From: Octopus sinensis
Taxonomy: Eukaryota
Direction: 5' to 3'
Assembly (NCBI RefSeq): GCF_006345805.1
Contig: NC_043009.1
Location: forward strand, 30,194,001 to 30,258,000
DNA: 64,000 bases
The position numbers and the translations under genes are program-made. Below, in pieces: positions 39,698 to 53,699 of the stretch. A model generated the notes under the pieces. It was not told where the DNA came from, did no database searches, and saw only the letters and a list, made by a program, of their open reading frames with translations. How positions within the stretch are numbered: position 1 is the first letter of the stretch; each line of letters begins with the position of its first letter.

Positions 39698-39829
39698 TTA
39701 CATTGTAGCTGACGGCTGTTTCGGCCGTGAAGACAGGTATGTCCCATTTAACCTATTAGCCATATAAAGCAGGTATAAATGAGACATTAACAAGAATGTC
39801 TCACGGCCGCTTCAGAGAATTTAATGTAA
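39698..39829 (-). ncRNA. Degenerate type I hammerhead with long stem II (A9 replaced by C)
   Basis: UUACAUU..CU-CUGAAGC-GGCCGUGA...UCACGGCC-GAA-AC(AGCC)GU-C^-AG..AAUGUAA. Confidence 0.45.
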
Positions 39830-40242
39830 GTATGAAAAAAATTTACATATAAATATGTGTGCATACACACTTATATTCCTACATATATATATATATATAT
39901 ATACAATAATACAATATAAACAATATAGAACAATATACAACAATATACATTAACAAACACAATAGTGTTCCATATTGAACTCCACAATTTTATAACCAAC
40001 ATCAAGGTAATACAACATGTACACTCACATTTAAAGCAGGCATATATATTGAACAGTCCAATCTATTAAAATGTGTCACCACACAAAAAGTCAATAAAAA
40101 TATTAATATTAATAATAATAATGACAACCACTATTTGTACCATCCAAAGCAAGCGGTAGCTTTGTTGGGTACTTCTCTAGCAGTATATTGGATATATGTT
40201 ATCCCATGGAGGGTTGAATTTACAACCCCTATCTCACTTTTA

Positions 40243-40287
<45 letters not shown>

Positions 40288-41165
40288 GCATTCCACTACT
40301 GTACGACTTCTACACACACTTTCTCTATGCTTCACTAGTCTCTGTCTTTCTCTTTTCTCGCCTCAGATTCTTTGGTCTCCTCTTCCCCCACTCTCTCACT
40401 TTTCTCTGTCTTTCTCACTTTGCACCTCACTGATTCTGTCGTCAAGCCAATCCTTGCCATGCTCTCTTTCTTCTCCTCTCTTTAATTCTTTCTTTCTCCC
40501 CCCCCCTTTGGTGCCTTTGTCCCTCTTTTTTTCTCTCTCTCTCTTTGAATCCTTTGCTCTTTTTTTCTTTCTCTTTTCTCCTCTCACGTGACCGCCGGTA
40601 AACTAGCCTTTCGGCTTCTGAGCACCGCCACGACAACATCGATTTCTTCGTCTGCCGAAAAGGCATTTTTTTCCAAATACGCCAGTTAAGCTAAGTTGAA
40701 CTGTCTAAAGTCGTAAGACACCTGCTGTTTTTGTCCTGTTATTACTATTATTGTTTTTTGTATTTATATTCGTGTGGCATCGTCCGTTTTTCTGTCCTTG
40801 TTTCGTATACATTCGATCCTTTTTCCAAGAAATCTAATGCTCGTAGCTTAGTTTTTCCTTGGTGCTGGCCGGATCGGAGCGATCTCAAGATTAATCAGCC
40901 GAAATTGCGAGGATGATCCGGTTCTTGACTGAAGATTAGAGGCTTCGAATGACTCATCCGATTTTGTGTCGTCTATTTGAGTGTTTTGCGTTCTTGTCCC
41001 ATTTTGTATTTTTATATATATTTTTTATACACACACACACTCTCTCTTTCTCTCTTCACACACACACACACACACACAAGCATATATATATATATATATA
41101 TATATGCTTGTGTGTATATAGATAGATAGATAGTTAGATAGACAGACAGACAGACAGACAGACAA

Positions 41166-41261
<96 letters not shown>

Positions 41262-43814
41262 GCATGTACAGATATACATATATACATGAAATGAATGTAT
41301 ATTTGTATTTGGTGAGTGTTTTTGTACGTACATGTACCTACTAAATTACTAGTTGACACAATAAAATTTTCAAGTCTAAGCTCGATAACGATCACCACTA
41401 TTTCGCTCTCCTTCTTATATCAGAAAAGTTTCTCATAATCCGGGTGACGCTGTCGTCACATGTATATTAGCAATGTGTTTCCTTCCACTGTTTTCGTATT
41501 TACGCACTTAACTCATACTAGTCTATTCAAGGTAATATATTGCATGCAAGTCTACATAACAAAACATTGGCAATGGAGAGATAATTGACTTTATATTCAT
41601 TTGCTTAGCTTTGTAATATGGCGGAAAATAATTTCGTAATATGATTTATTGGAGGATCTTATCATATCCAAGAAAATATTTATATTTATTGTGCTTTGTA
41701 CTAGAAACTAAAATGAAGCAGTTGTTAATTATAACCTCTTCCGTGAAGATTAGGAATCGTTTGCGTTTATTCTCAATTAATGAATTATATGACAGATAGT
41801 GCATATGGCTACTCTTTCATCAGGTGTCATATTTATCAGTCGCTATTCCATAAAGAGCAACATTCATCTTTAGTACCTGTTCAGATTTTGTCACTCCATT
41901 CAGTGACTGCAACTAAATTTTGTTTTAGTTTGTGGTATTGTTTTCCATGCTTTAAAAGTATATGGCATGGTAAACCATTTGAGAATGAATTATAAATTAT
42001 CCGTCTTTATTTGTAGTTCTTCACTGATACAGGTGTAATATCGTTAAAGTATGGAAGAGAATGTCTGGAGATATTTCTGCATATAATATCCGTTGTAAAC
42101 ACAAATTCCATCAAGTTTAATACACTTTCCAGCGATTCGGGTTTATGAGTAAAATACAAGTCTAATGTTGTGGTCAAACAGAATTGCTTTAAAGTTAGAC
42201 TAATGTCTTCTGAATCTTTATGTTCTTTTTCTCACAGGAAAACCATGGCCTTGAACAAAAGCAACTCAATGATAGGCATAGAAAACTTGTTAGCGAATGC
42301 TCTATATTCTTCTGCTTATTATTCACAATGGCTTTGATATTAGAAATAGATTTGAGTTGTCTTTCAGATCTTGTGCAATCGCTCTCCTCTCCCTGCATTT
42401 CTTTGTCTGCATTCTGTCTGTCTCTCTTTCTCTCTCCCTCCCTCCCTTTCTTTTTCTCTCTCTCTCTCTCTCACTTTTAAAGAATGTAAAAAAAATTCTG
42501 CGTTGGCAAAACTAGTTTATAAAACTTATTTAACAATATTCTCCGTGCCGTGAAATTTCAGATATGGCCCTTCTGCCGGAAAAGAAGAGGTGTTAAGTGT
42601 GAGCTCTCGAGTTATGATGTTTGCTTAAAGGTAAACATCATAACTCTAGCTTCGGCAAATATCGTCTGTTTTTTTTATATTTTTCATCAGTTTTGATAGT
42701 CTGCTACAGGTATATTATTGCCCATGTTGTATCCCTAGAAACAACCCTAAAAAGTATTCAAACCTTGTGCCTTCTGTATTAACCTCCTTAGTGTCAGATG
42801 CTATTCAAAGCTTATGAGCCACACCTTACTTTCTTTGAATATTATTATTATTATCACTGAAATATCTATAATTCTCTATAATTTTTGTATCTGTAAAAGA
42901 AATATAGAAAATGGCCATTTTCTCTTATATCAGTAAGAAGAAATAACCAGAGAGTTGTTGATAATTGGATGAGAGAATTGTCTGGGGATTCTGCTGCCAG
43001 ATATTATAATGTGATTTTGAATATATGACATATTTTGAATGTTTGAAAGGAAATTTGGTGTAAATATCCCTTGGGTAGTTGCCAATTATCTTTTAAATTT
43101 TCAGACCATTGAGTTGTCATGATCTTGTTTGAGGCAATTATTACATTTTCTATCATATTTATATTTCCTTTTCCGCTATTCATGTTGTTTGATAATTCTT
43201 TCACAACAGTTTTCAATTCGCTTCAAACAAATCAAAAGAACAGAAATATTAAAATAAGAAACAAAAATATCAAACAATAATAAAAAAATTAATGTTTTTT
43301 TAACGTTGGCAAAAGACCATAGATTTCATTTTATTTTCGATTACATTAAAACTATTAGGTTATTGTTAATTATTTTATTGACTTTGGAAGAAGGGACAGT
43401 CAAGTCAACCCCGGTGGTCATTCCAATTCGTAATATGAAATTTTGTAGTTAAATACCGTAAGCTGATAAAGCCCATTCCGTTATACTTTTTGGTAATCTC
43501 CCGCCATCTAAACAAATATCAACAGATTTCTTAGACAACGAAGCTGTATGAATTCTTAAGAATAGATGTTAGATATATACATTTAAGATACTTAATCTGT
43601 TTAATGATTTAACTACACTATTTGGTGGTAAAGCATCTTCCTACACTATGCTCCTGCCGGAGGCCTGATCTGGCCTCTTGTAAATACTCCATCTAAATAT
43701 GGTTGTTTGTTTCTTGGTACTTTTAAAATAAATAAATCAATATATAATGAATGTATATCAAAACATTTCATTTCGCAATTTATGAATTAAATTTACAAAG
43801 ATAGAATGTATATA

Positions 43815-44190
43815 GGCGCAGGAGTGGCTGTGTGGTAAGTAGCTTGCTAACCAACCACATGGTTCCGGGTTCAGTCCCACTGCGTGGCACCTTGGGCAAG
43901 TGTCTTCTGCTATAGCCCCGGGCCGACCAATGCCTTGTGAGTGGATTTGGTAGACGGAAACTGAAAGAAGCCTGTCGTATATATGTATATATACATATAT
44001 GTATGTATGTGTGTGTGTTTGTGTGCTGGTGTGTTTACATCCCCGTCACTTAGCGGTTCGGCAAAAAGAGACCGATAGAATAAGTACTGGGCTTACAAAG
44101 AATAAGTCCCGGGGTTGATTTGCTCGACTAAAAAAAGGCGGTGCTCCAGCATGGCCGCAGTCAAATGACTGAAACAAATAAAAGAAAAAA
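43815..44190 (+). mobile_element. SINE family B, full length, with internal microsatellite
   Basis: GGCGCAGGAGTGGCTGTGTGGTAAG...GGTTCAGTCCC...CCTTGGGCAAGTGTCTT (CORE-like), internal (TA/TG)n, A-rich end. Confidence 0.88.
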
Positions 44191-45000
44191 TAAAAGCAAA
44201 GAAAATATTTGTATACAAAATAAAGTAAGATTCCAAAAATAAGAATGTTCCAACCCGTATAAACTCTTTCATGACTTCGAACCCACAAAAGGATTGAGTG
44301 GCAAGAAATGTATAATATGTGTTACACTATACATACTGCAGTGAATGTAAGGTGAGAGGTTTAATGTGAGAACTATTTCATGATCATCTCCGAGAAAATA
44401 AGTGAGATGATTTCATTCCAAACATCATTATTGCAATCAAAAAATCAGTGGCTGTAGAAAGCTTGATTATATTTTAATCAAAATGTAAAAGGTTGAGGCT
44501 ACGAAGATGATACAGACAACGATGGCGATTATAATAAAATTCATTATTTAAAAACCCAAACTTGTAGTGGTTATAATATGTGGAAGAGGTAGGGATATAA
44601 AACGATAGATATCCAGATCGATAGACTGATAGGCAAAAGGACAGCAAGTGAAAGGAAACAAGGTAGCTGGGTTGAATGTAATGAAGTCGCAATGATGACA
44701 GAAATGCCATTAGTTCAAATCATACCCTTTATTATATTCTACCATCTCAGCTATGACTATATTCCGGCCAATTATCACTCTGCCTGATACAACGAATCGA
44801 ACGGCTTACTACTGCTTCTGCATCATAGATGAATGGGGAGTAATAGGTAGGTAGTGTTAGCACCGAACTGCAAGTAAAATATTCCCCAAAATCAACTATG
44901 ACTTATAAAACATTTTTGTTTATATAAACAACAGTAACATATCGTTAATTGAATTTTACTCTCTCCAAATATACAAGCATATATATATATATATATATAT

Positions 45001-45787
45001 ACCAATTAAGGACTGCACACGAAAAGTGGACAGTCAACATGCTAGATATAGACGTCAAATCGCCATTCTCCACAAAAAGTTTATGTTCTCAGATCAAACT
45101 CAACAAAACCAAAGCAATAAACAAGTGAAAAATATACGAAATAAATATTTAGTACTTTTCGTGTGCAGTCCTTAATTGGTATATATAAATATTTTAATCT
45201 TCGGATTATTTCTTTAATATGCTAGACCACTGGTTCTAATTGATAAATATCAATTTTTACCCTAAATTTAATTTTATAAATATTTGTTCTCTAACCGATA
45301 AATTAACTGCTGCTAACTATTAGCTGCAGGCTAGTTTTCTCGGGTCTCATCGCGCCAAAAGTAAAGGCATTTGAAATATATATTTCAAATGTAATAGGCC
45401 GGACTCCATGCACGCGATATTTTGGTGTCGTGTTGGCATTTAGTCCAGCAAATTACATTTTATATGGGACCATGCTGATGATGCTGCACTTTTCCTTGCC
45501 GAAAATAACAGCTGAAACTAAATTTAGTACATGGGTAAATATTTATTTCGTATATTTTTCACTTGTTTATTGCTTTGGTTTTGTTGAGTTTGATCTGAGA
45601 ACATAAACCTTTTGTGGAGAATGGCGATTTGACGTCTATATCTAGCATGTTGACTGTCCACTTTTCGTGTGCAGTCCTTAATTGGTATATATAAATATTT
45701 TAATCTTCGGATTCTTTCTTTAATATGCTAGACCACTGGTTCTAATTGATAATATCAATTTTTACCCTAAATTAATTTTATAAATAT
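45001..45787. mobile_element. Hammerhead-bearing ~506-bp unit (1.25 copies on plus, 45154-45787) preceded by an inverted 150-bp copy (45001-45151); retrozyme/Penelope pLTR-like
   Basis: Direct repeat 45155/45661 gives a period of 506. 45001-45151 is the reverse complement of 45536-45687. Both ends lie in (AT)n. Confidence 0.8.
45470..45534 (+). ncRNA. Type I hammerhead ribozyme
   Basis: CCAUG-CUGAUGA-U-GCUG(CAC UUUUC CUUGCC GAAAA UAA)CAGC-U-GAA-ACUAAAUUUAGU-A^-CAUGG. Predicted cleavage between 45529 and 45530; U-U at the base of stem II. Confidence 0.72.
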
Positions 45788-45804
45788 ATATATATATATA
45801 TAAT

Positions 45805-45839
<35 letters not shown>

Positions 45840-45999
45840 CTATATATATATATTATATATATATATATTATATATATATATACATATATATATAATGAGA
45901 ATTGTATATTGAATATATGTGTGTATATCGCGTGTGCGTGTTTTTTAAAAGTATTTTATATATATATTTGTATTTTTACTTCTTTTATTTTATTTTATT

Positions 46000-46657
46000 T
46001 AAATTAAGCAACGGTTTACTGTATAAGGATCCGAACATGACGGTTGTGAGGATGCAAGCTCCACCAAAAGTGACTGTGTAGTGCAGAATGACAGCAAGAG
46101 GAGTCGTCGGCCCATATCTCCTGCGTGACAGTATGAATACAGACAGGCTATCTTCAGATGCTCGAAAATAAGGTGTGGCCGACAGTATCTGGCTGGGATA
46201 ACATGTGTAACCTGATATTCATGTAGGATGGTGCACCACCCCATTTTGCTCTTACTGTGGGTGTGTGGTTAGACCAACTTTTTCGAGCATGTTAGATGGG
46301 ACGATACGGACCACATGAACGGTTTCAACGAAGTCCAGATTTCACTCTATATAATTTTTACCCGCGGAGATACACAAAATAGTTGTACAACACAAACCTC
46401 CCACACGTGAGGATTGGAGACACAAATTCAAGAGGTTCTCAATGATATCCCAGACGAGGTCCTCCAAAGCTTTTTCCTTCAATCCATGGCCGTTTCAGGA
46501 GCCTGGTTGATACCACCGGTGCTTACGATGAAATATGAAGATTTACATTCATTTTCCCATGTAATAAAGGACATGTATCATTTGTTTCAATAAATTTTAG
46601 AAGCTATATAGATTTTATTATCTATTTTTAATGCCTACTTACTTTTCACCTACCCTG

Positions 46658-46659
<2 letters not shown>
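46000..46659 (+). mobile_element. Decayed Tc1/mariner transposase 3' half with right terminus
   Basis: KVTV.C..TARGVVGPYLL..LQMLENKVWP..LIFM*DGAPPHFA..WLD..GRYGP..RSPD. The end CACCTACCCTG|TA is typical of a Tc1-type TIR. Confidence 0.8.
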
Positions 46660-46690
<31 letters not shown>

Positions 46691-46691
46691 T

Positions 46692-46724
<33 letters not shown>

Positions 46725-46746
46725 TATAATATATATATATATAATA

Positions 46747-46778
<32 letters not shown>

Positions 46779-48831
46779 GGCGACATATATGTCATATAGA
46801 CTTATCGAGTTTAGGTTTAGCATGTTCGGGGAATGTCAGGTTTCGGACGTGTAGAGTTCATCTATAGAAATAACGAACTGAAACAAGCTGTTTAATTAAT
46901 ATCAATAGGTATTTTGCTTTTTTGGTGTTAATAGAAACTAAACCTTGATTTCTGCATGAAAGATATTATCAAAGTGTTCGCTGAGCATCACGCATGAGGT
47001 TTACGTTGTTTACGTGTGAAGTTTAGGATGACATGAACTGTTGAAACATATTCGTAGTATCTTAGAGTCTGTGCTTGTGAGAAATGGCACCGCGTGTATT
47101 GTCTACACATAGAGAGTATTGCAAGTAAAAATTAACACGTGTTATCCCTGATTTGATAGTTGGTGCATTAGCGATGATTGAAAAGTCACACGGTGCAATG
47201 TTGAGATTTGAGAGGACGTTACTGTGATGACTGATGCGACAGAGTCTGTTAGCAGCAAAATAAATGCAAAAAAAGTGGTGGACCTTGTTTAACTCCGTTA
47301 TCGATGGAAATTGGTTCCGATAGCTTTTGACTGTCTAGATGTAAAAAGTAATGAATAGACATGCATTTAAAATATATATATAGTTAATTAGATATTTCTG
47401 TACACCAGAATTCCTATTCCTTCATTATGTGGATTGTTCGGAGAAGTATATTTGACATTTTGATCGTTACGAGTTCGGCAAGATATATAGAATCTATATT
47501 TAGGTGAAGGGTATTCGATGAAAGAAAAAACACATTCGATTTTGCCCTGCTTCTGTGCAGGGTAATAAATTTTCAAGGGTTTGTACTTATTTTACTATTT
47601 GCATTTAGTATGTTAATGGTTTTCTTCAACGCATATGCAAATATGCTTTCAAATGCATAACTTATTAAAATTTCATGCATATAGTTCCCAAGACCATTTC
47701 CTAGAGTGTGCCGAGGGAATTTTTATGACAGAAGGTATAATTCTATTAAATAAGCTAATTCTAAAGGAAGAAATGATTTTAAAGTTTATTTTGTATTGTT
47801 TTTGTTTAGTAATTTCCGCTGCCGCTTACCGTTTCATTATACGCTTGTGAAACTCAGAGACAGATAACTTTTAAACAATTCACAAATTACCTTCAACTTC
47901 GATATTTCAAATAAAATTATTTAGTTCTCCTACAACGTCAATTTGCGTAATTTCAATTTTGATAAGTTTGTAGGATTGACAAAGAGAAAGCGGAATAATG
48001 GCTCCAAGATTATGTCTATTTATCAGTCAAAGATTGAAATTTAGCAAAACTAAAACTATACAGAAACTGTGGCATGTTAGCATTACTGTTTTTCCTTTTT
48101 TTTTTATATATATATTATTAGGTTGTAATTGTGTCTGCGGATAAGTGAAGCTAATTTCGCGTTTGTTCTATATTTACGAAGCATGATAGCATTAGAAAAG
48201 ATCAAATAAATGATTTGAAGAATATCTATTTATTGGTAAGAGAAACTTTTGTTTTATCTTTCATTTGAACGATGGCATTTTGAAAATTGCATTCATCTTT
48301 ACATTTCCCTTGATAATTACTTTTGTTAGTGCTTTCTCAAAATATTATTTGGTTATTCTGCCATATTCTACATACTTGTCTGGCGTTTCCTCCTGTATTC
48401 CGCTGCAGTAAATGCTAATGCATGCATATAAGGTGTAAATATATCAAAGCATCATACTTCATATTGATTACTCTTTACCGTATTACAATGCATACCTAAA
48501 TATTGCTGCCAGGTAGAATTGTTCTCGTATCGATATTTATAGAAATTATGCGTCTCTCGTAAGATGATATTCAAATATTTAAAACTTTTGTTCAGATCTT
48601 TCTTTTCCTTCTCTTTCTCTCGTTATTACGATATGTATATATATAATATATGTGTGCGCGTGTGTGTAAATATATATATATATATATATACGTATTTTTA
48701 TATCTATTATATATTACATATATAGATACATATATATATTCATATATATTAAATATGTATTTACGTATCTTTATATATATATATTCGCGTATATATACAT
48801 ACATATATTATATATATACGTATCTTTATAA

Positions 48832-48890
<59 letters not shown>

Positions 48891-49892
48891 GCATATATAT
48901 ATATACACCTTTGCATATATATGTCAGTGTGTGTGTGTATTTACGTACGTATAAACTCCAAAGATCTATACAAATATTATCAATGTACAAGATTTGTATG
49001 TGATAATTATTTTAGCACAAAACATAATAATTGGTTATGTTTTTCGATAACATCGAGAAGAGAATCAATATAAACAAACTAAATAACAATGAAGTAATTC
49101 ATATTTGAAATTAGATAAGACAACAGAAAACCACTAAACATAATAACATCTTCTTGTATAACAAAACCATTAAGAAATATACAGGTTTAGGTGAACTACT
49201 GCAGCGCTTATCTCTATGGACCGAGTCTTTTCAAATATAAAACAATCATACGTATAAGTCATCTGAAATAACATTTGACATTTTTAATGATAATCATTCC
49301 AAACAAAGTACACGAAATCTTTGTTGAACTTTATATCTGCATTATTTCCATTCAAAATTTGCTCAGAATATTCACGTTGAATTATTTTTACCAATACGAT
49401 TTCACTGGCCAAAAATTATTGTTTCAAAAATTCATACAATAGCTTTTCTTTGATACACTATTCACTAAATGCTGAGAGGCGACTGCAGGTCAATGAAACT
49501 AAGACAGCAGAATCAATTGGTTTATTTTGAATATGTTTGTGAAAAACTGGAAATAAGTTCTGCAACAGTAGCCACAATTGCACAGTAAAGACACGAGGAC
49601 AGCTTTCACTTGCCAACTGTGAAGTGTGAAATAATTTATACGACAACAGGATTTCAATAGTAAAACAAAACAGTAGTTCTATTAGTAATAATTGCAGCAG
49701 TACTGATGAGACACAGAGAAGCATATTACGTGATATTTAAATTGATGCTACACAGCTTTTATTCTATAATAAAACCGTCATCGTCAGCGTATTATAAGCA
49801 CCAGAGAACATTGAAAGCACAAAAATATAAAGTATGAGTAACTCAAGAACAAGCCGTTACCAAGTAACATTTAAAAGCATAAGTATCATATG

Positions 49893-50418
49893 TGGCGGAA
49901 TCGTTAATACTCCTGGGAAAATAGTTAGCGGTAGTTCGTTGTCTTTACGTCCTGTGCTCAAATTTCGTCAAGGTCGACGTTGCCTTTCGTCATTTCTTAG
50001 TCGATAAATTATGTACCAGTCGAGGACTGGGGTCGATGTAATCAACTTAACACCTCCCCCCAAAATTGCTGGCCTTGTACCCAAATTTGAAACTAATATT
50101 GTTACAATAGGCTATAGAGTATTTCTCGGTTTTACCAACACTACTACTAATAATAATAATACAACTACTAGTACCACCAACACTACTACTACAACTGCTA
50201 CTCCTACTACTCCTACTACTACTACTACTACTACTACTACACCGTATCATATGCAAGCTAATAACAGCAGTACAATGTTACTTATTTTTGTCGACTTATT
50301 TTTATGGACCTCAAAAGGATGAAATGTAGTCGACTCCTACGGATTTCGAACGCACAACAAAAGAACAGACGCTTAGCATTTTGGTCGGCGTGCTAATAAT
50401 TCTGTCAACTCGCTGCCC
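49893..50418. mobile_element. Two degenerate family A SINEs (plus ~49893-50100; minus ~50270-50418) around (TAC)n
   Basis: Central-domain remnants in opposite orientations. Confidence 0.65.
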
Positions 50419-51015
50419 TATGACATACTGTAATATTGCGGTAAAATACTGGAACATGTTGCTAACTTTTGTAATTATATTGACACACATACATTTCAGT
50501 ATATATTTAATGTTGATTAGGAAGGAATTTTGTATTCTTGGTTCGAAGATTATTGAACTCGAAAAGGTATCCGACCAGTGTATTTCACCCCAGCACCAGA
50601 GGCCGTCTCTCAACAGTCCTTGTGGGGTACATCTGGATTATAAATATTATCCAGTACAGTTTACGTCAAATGAGTAGGTCTACAGCATTGTTTAAATCTC
50701 TAGAGCTAAGCCTACCATACAATTCCTACGTTTTGGGCGAACCAATAACATATTGAACATCTTCCTTTGTTTATTTCAAGAATATATATAGGTTACCGAT
50801 GTGAAACTTAGCAAATAAAAGAGGTTGTTGAAAGAAGTGTTTTACGAGAAGGAAATAGTTTGCATCGAATTAGGTGCGCTCCTTTAATGCCCTTACTTTC
50901 AGAATTGAAGTGAGAGAACGCTGAAAGCAGGCAGCTAACGACGATATTGTCCACAATTTTCACAAAAAATAGCATAAGTAAACGTAATTTAATATCACTT
51001 AAAGTTTGACGCTAT

Positions 51016-51240
51016 TATATCAAATAAACTGATTCAGGTGTGAGTCAAATGTCACCTACATATTAATCTCATGCCAAATTTTCTTAGAAGCCTACATCGC
51101 TATTTGTTAAGATTGCTTTAATACATTTCTCCATCTGTGCTTGGCCATAGAACATTTCATCAACAATGGACATGATAGCTTGTCGAGAAAATGTTCGGTT
51201 GCACTTATAGTCTACAACTTAATGCTCAAACTGGTGCAAT
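51016..51240 (+). mobile_element. Possible Tc1/mariner left end remnant
   Basis: CAGGTGTGAGTCAAATG resembles a CAGGGTG..TCAAA TIR; a short AIEHFINNG..S peptide follows. Weak. Confidence 0.3.
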
Positions 51241-51461
51241 TAAATCTGAATATAGACCACTGGTGCAAAAATTATATCAAAAACATCCAGAAATACTCCT
51301 GGTATTTTCCTGTTTATGTGCAGCTCTAGAATATTGAATTTGTCACAAAATAATCCCCTAAAAGTAGGAGCCACTTAATGTTCAAGCAACAAATATTTTT
51401 GCATTCTCTCTTTTCTCTACCCACCTTTATTTTCTCTTTGTGTGTGTGTATGAATACATAA

Positions 51462-51558
<97 letters not shown>

Positions 51559-51624
51559 GAGAGAGATATATAGATAGATAGATAGACAGATATACAGACA
51601 GACAGAGACAGATAGATAGATAAG

Positions 51625-51695
<71 letters not shown>

Positions 51696-52308
51696 GTAGG
51701 TAGGTATATAGAGAGATAACTTCATTGAGTGGAAGTTGTTGATTTGTTGCGAAGAATATACTTCTTCTTTGAAAGGAAATTGTTTTCTGTATACTTTCTT
51801 TTCAATGCAGAGTAGGCTTTCATAATAACACATAATAATCTGGTCAATTTTGATATTTTAAAAATCTTATTCCTACTTTCTTCCCATTTATTTTTCTTCC
51901 TGAAATGCTTAGAATTCTCTAGATTTAGTCGAAAGTTTTGGATAAAATAATTTTACCAACTTCATACATTAATATTTATTTTCTTCAGAAGATAAATGTT
52001 AGACTCACCTGACAATGGTACTATTGTCATGTAATATATCGAGCCGATTCTCATTTCTTTATTTCAAGATTAGTTGCAATAAAATATGAAGAATTCCGTA
52101 TTTTTATATTTTGCCACTTATGTTCTCTATGGTTATTCATGAGAGAAGATATTTGATTAAACTCTTCACGTAGTTTGATAGATTGGCAGCGTTTCCTAAT
52201 AGTGAGTAATTCGAAAATCTTGTTGTAAATGTTCTCGTAACAACCACTGGATGTTACATTATTTAATATAAAAACACACATATACCAGCACAGTGACTGT
52301 ATATAAAA

Positions 52309-52341
<33 letters not shown>

Positions 52342-53699
52342 TATGTACTTTATTGCATACACGCGCACACACACATATTTATATAAAATATGAATGCCTA
52401 TGCAGACATTGAAATATATTCGAGTAAATGTTATATTACATGATACGATACTCGATGTCAGTTACGAGCGTAAATGTGTGTGTGTGTGTTCATGACTTTG
52501 TGCGTGTGTGTGTGTTTGCATACATATATGTATTATTAAGGAGGAGATAGACACGAAGAGAAAGAGAACGATGGGGGAGGGTAAATTTTAACGAAAGCAG
52601 TATTAGTTTGGTGATTAAAATCGGAAAAGAGTTTTCTCGTTTCGGATTCTTGCTCTTCACCAGAGGAAAGAGAGAAAAGAAGTAAAATAGAAGAATGGAT
52701 GCGATTAGGTTGCTGAAAGGATAAACAATAGCGAAAGAAGAAAAGAAAAAGGGAGAAAGAAAGAAAGATAGAAAGAAGTGAAAAAGGGAAAACTATTTAT
52801 CTATATATAGAAGGAAGAGAAAAATGATGGAAAATGGGAAGAGATAAAAAGAGGCGACGAGAGGAAGAAGCAAAGGAGAAAATAGAAAAATTAATACGAT
52901 TACATACCTTCGGGGGATACGACGAGGAATAGTGTAACAAAAAAATGGGATGTCTGTGAAAGCATTAGAAAGGAACCGAGGAACACAGATTGATAGAAAG
53001 TACAAGGGGTGGGACAAATTTTGAAAATGTTTGAGTTTAACGATTAAAATGAAAGGAGAAAGAGTCGTGACTTTTCGGACATTTGTGTTTCAACAGAAGA
53101 CAAATACAAAAGGAAAATGAAGCAGGAGAGTTAATGAAAACATATTTTGCTGGAGGTATAAAAAAGGAAAAAGTAAGGATGGTAGAACATTTACATACAT
53201 GCATATACGCGCGCGCGCATGCACACACATATCATTTAAATTCGTGTATGGTAACGTTAGGGGTATGCAAATAAAGCTTCTGTTTCATTATGCCAGCTAT
53301 CGTCCAATGATACTAAATGCTAAGTCAGTTTTTCGGGGTTGTATCATAGTTATACCGATATGATATAGGATAAATATAACAATAATTCCAGGATGGAATT
53401 TATAAATATTCAATAAATCACTACGCCCGCTTCCACAAATCACGTGATTTTGACATCAGACTCGGTATCCTTGGGGTTCGTACAGTATCATCTGTATTAT
53501 AGCCGAGCCAACCATGGCTAACTGAACTCTATATAACGATAGAATGGTGCAAAATCTCATCAATAGCATAGACAGACCCAAACAATTAGAAGTGTAATAC
53601 ATACATAAGGAAAATGAGTGCACTATTACCATAGGAAGAAGAAAGTGGTACACTCCTCAGAAAAAGGAAAAAATAGTATCATGTGTAACTGAAGACGTA

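Noticed and set aside
41787-41832. Minus-strand GACAC-CTGATGA-A, resembling the hammerhead at 22867
   Set aside because: The GAAAC segment is absent; at best a deleted relic.
42238-42330. Strong acceptor (TTCTTTTTCTCACAG|G) with a Kozak-like ACCATGG
   Set aside because: The ATG frame stops after 30 codons, there is no convincing donor and no recognisable protein.
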